Below are positions 15,015 through 64,000 of a stretch of 64,000 bases of DNA, piece by piece. The translations under genes were made by a program, and so were the position numbers. This stretch comes from Macrostomum lignano (taxonomy: Eukaryota), in the NCBI GenBank assembly GCA_002269645.1, contig NIVC01003542.1, positions 28,095 through 92,094 of the forward strand, read 5' to 3'. Under the pieces are notes generated by a model. The model was given only the letters and a program-made list of their open reading frames with translations, did not search any database and had not been told where the DNA came from. The first letter of the stretch is position 1; each line of letters begins with the position of its first letter.

Positions 15015-16192
15015 AGTCTACGGGGGTTGGTTGCCTTAGACCCCAAAGTCTACGGGGGGGTTGGTTGCCTTAGACCCCAAAGTCTACGGGGGGGGGTTGG
15101 TTGCCTTAGACCCCAAAGTCTACGGGGGGGGGGGGTTGGTTGCCTTAGACCCCAAAGTCTACGGGGGGGTTGGTTGCCTTAGACCCCAAAGTCTACGGGG
15201 GGGGGGGGTTGGTTGCCTTAGACCCCAAAGTCTACGGGGGGGGGGTTGGTTGCCTTAGACCCCAAAGTCTACGGGGGGGTTGGTTGCCTTAGACCCCAAA
15301 GTCTACGGGGGGGTTGGTTGCCTTAGACCCCAAAGTCTACGGGGGGGTTGGTTGCCTTAGACCCCAAAGTCTACGGGGGGTTGGTTGCCTTAGACCCCAA
15401 AGTCTACGGGGGGGGGGTTGGTTGCCTTAGACCCCAAAGTCTACGGGGGGGTTGGTTGCCTTAGACCCCAAAGTCTACGGGGGGGTTGGTTGCCTTAGAC
15501 CCCAAAGTCTACGGGGGGTTGGTTGCCTTAGACCCCAAAGTCTACGGGGGGGGGTTGGTTGCCTTAGACCCCAAAGTCTACGGGGGGTTGGTTGCCTTAG
15601 ACCCCAAAGTCTACGGGGGGGTTGGTTGCCTTAGACCCCAAAGTCTACGGGGGGGGGTTGGTTGCCTTAGACCCCAAAGTCTACGGGGGGGTTGGTTGCC
15701 TTAGACCCCAAAGTCTACGGGGGGGGGTTGGTTGCCTTAGACCCCAAAGTCTACGGGGGGGTTGGTTGCCTTAGACCCCAAAGTCTACGGGGGGGTTGGT
15801 TGCCTTAGACCCCAAAGTCTACGGGGGGGGGGTTGGTTGCCTTAGACCCCAAAGTCTACGGGGGGGGTTGGTTGCCTTAGACCCCAAAGTCTACGGGGGG
15901 GGGGTTGGTTGCCTTAGACCCCAAAGTCTACGGGAAGGGGTTGGTTGCCTTAGACCCCAAAGTCTACGGGGGGGGTTGGTTGCCTTAGACCCCAAAGTCT
16001 ACGGGGGGGGGGGTTGGTTGCCTTAGACCCCAAAGTCTACGGGGGGGGGGTTGGTTGCCTTAGACCCCAAAGTCTACGGGGGGGTTGGTTGCCTTAGACC
16101 CCAAAGTCTACGGGGGGGGGGGGGTTGGTTGCCTTAGACCCCAAAGTCTACGGGGGGGGGGGTTGGTTGCCTTAGACCCCAAGGTCTAAGGC
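15015..16192. repeat. About 33-38-bp G-run minisatellite (G)n-ttggttgccttagaccccaaagtctac
   Basis: Directly visible; the G-run length varies between units. Confidence 0.95.
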
Positions 16193-16631
16193 ACTGGTTG
16201 CAGGACGGATGTCGCCGAAGGCGTTGGCACCAGGGCCCACAATTTTGCTGCAGTTATTATTCTTCTTCTTTTCATTACTTAAAATGTCAGAAGACGCCAA
16301 ACTAAAAATTCTGTATATCAAAACAAATCTCTCACTGTCGGTACTCGAAAGCAATCGTACAAGCAACAATGAGAGGTTGGGAACTTCAATCAGCTGATTA
16401 ATTCTGAAGTACACTTGTAAGATGTAAGACGAGGAAGCTGATAGTTAAACAGGAATTTTAGCAGTCGGTTTTTTTCGATGGTGCTTTTAGAAGTCAAGGA
16501 CTGTGATGCAATTTATTCATCATATTGACGGGCGCCTCAAATCCAGGGGTAATTTTTAAACTTAGCTCATTTTTTAATTCCTAAAGTAGTTCGTTGCTCC
16601 TGTCACCCTTCTGTTCGCTGGGATACTCTTT

Positions 16632-17025
16632 GTCACTCTCCCCAGTCTTTACCATTCTCCCAATCTGTCACAACTGTCACTCTCCCCAGTCTTTACCATC
16701 CTCCCAATCTGTCACAACCGGCACTCTCCTCAGTCTTTACCATTCTCCCAATCTGTCACAACCGGCACTCTCCTCAGTCTTTACCATTCTCCCAATCTGT
16801 CACAACTGTCACTCTCCCCAGTCTTTACCATCCTCCCAATCTGTCACAACCGGCACTCTCCTCAGTCTTTACCATTCTCCCAATCTGTCACAACCGGCAC
16901 TCTCCTCAGTCTTTACCATTCTCCTAATCTGTCACAACTGTAATTCTCTTCAGTCTTTACCATCCTCCTAATCTGTCACAACCGTCACTCTCCTAAGTCT
17001 TTACCATTCTCCCAATCTGTCACAG
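16632..17025. repeat. Second block of the 44-bp minisatellite
   Basis: Same unit and orientation as 12441-14262. Confidence 0.95.
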
Positions 17026-17151
17026 CTCAACTCACAATTCATTTAAAAACGGCAAGATTTCGAACTTGTTGAACTTTGGATGCTCGTTAAATTCTGAGCC
17101 AGCATCCGTCAAGCCTTCAAAACCACAAACACCCCACTTGAACGGATCCAG

Positions 17152-63095
<45,944 letters not shown>

Positions 63096-64000
63096 GTGAG
63101 CATCCTGGCAGTTCTGACCGCACCTCTGTTACCTGAGAGCTAGGTGAAAGCTAGGACAGAATAGCGAAAAGTGCAGGCTCTCGTGGGTTGCCAGTTGATC
63201 AAATTCCCGATCATAGGTAGGTTCTGTTGGCTCTGCTAGTTCCTGCAAGGTGATGCCCCACATTGTGAAAGGGGGCAGGAGAAACGTGGAGAAATGCCGC
63301 TATAGCAGGCATTCGTATCAGCCTTCCCCTATCCCATCCTTAATCACGGACTCGAATTTAAGCCCCAGCCATGGCCCCCTTCGTTGCTCCTCCATCTCTT
63401 CCTCATCGCAACCTCCTCTTTTTCGAGTCTTTCCAGCTTCTTTCTTCTGCTTTACTCTTTCTTCTTTCCCGGGCTGGCAGGGGCTGAATTCATTTCTCCC
63501 CAGGCTTGAGAGGTTTAGAAGTGCCCAGCGGGAGGGTAAGAGGACGCCAGGCAGCACGGAACGGAGCTCTGGAGTCGGTCATATCAGCAGGCTTGCTTCA
63601 ACCTTGGACATAGGGGCACGACCTAGTCCTGGGCCGTTTCTCAATTATTTTCCTCTCCGCACCGCCGCTGAGCAGCCGTCCGTTTTTCCATCCGATATTG
63701 AAACCAGAAGGAATCTGAGTAGACACACGTGAGCACGATGGGGAAAGTTATTCCGCGTCTACTGCTCGTAGTCTAATCACTATTGAGATAGTTATCCCAC
63801 GAGATAAGTCTTCCTCTAATCTTTCGGTTAATGCATTAATTAAAAGGCTTTGCTTTCGAGATTCTTACGAGCTAATCGAATTTAAGCCGTTTGCTAATTA
63901 GCATCCGAGCTGATGGAGGTGGAGGCAGTTACCTACCTTTAAAATAAAAGATTTTATACGAAAGACGTATCAGCAATCATTCGCATCCGATACAATGCCA

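Overview
Eukaryotic (metazoan) genomic DNA, occupied almost entirely by one large + strand gene of the MPDZ/PATJ (MUPP1/InaD-like) multi-PDZ scaffold family. I could chain 19 GT-AG exons from 17152 to 63095 by splice phase, giving 5103 nt (1701 codons) with no frame break. They encode domains matching MPDZ PDZ2, 3, 4, 5, 7, 8, 9 and the start of PDZ10. The gene runs off both ends of the window. The introns hold about 35 tandem arrays, nearly all with different units (4-51 bp), two tRNA-derived SINE families, several MITE-like elements and a decayed mariner transposase. Most long ORFs in the supplied track are read-throughs of repeats. Two patterns stand out. (1) Arrays begin within about 150 bp downstream of roughly half of the splice donors, one of them inside the donor itself. 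(2) Three arrays are amplified 5' ends (RNA polymerase III A-box region) of tRNA-derived SINEs, from two different families. The GC-rich, Ala-run exons and extreme minisatellite load resemble a Macrostomum-type flatworm, but that is an impression only.
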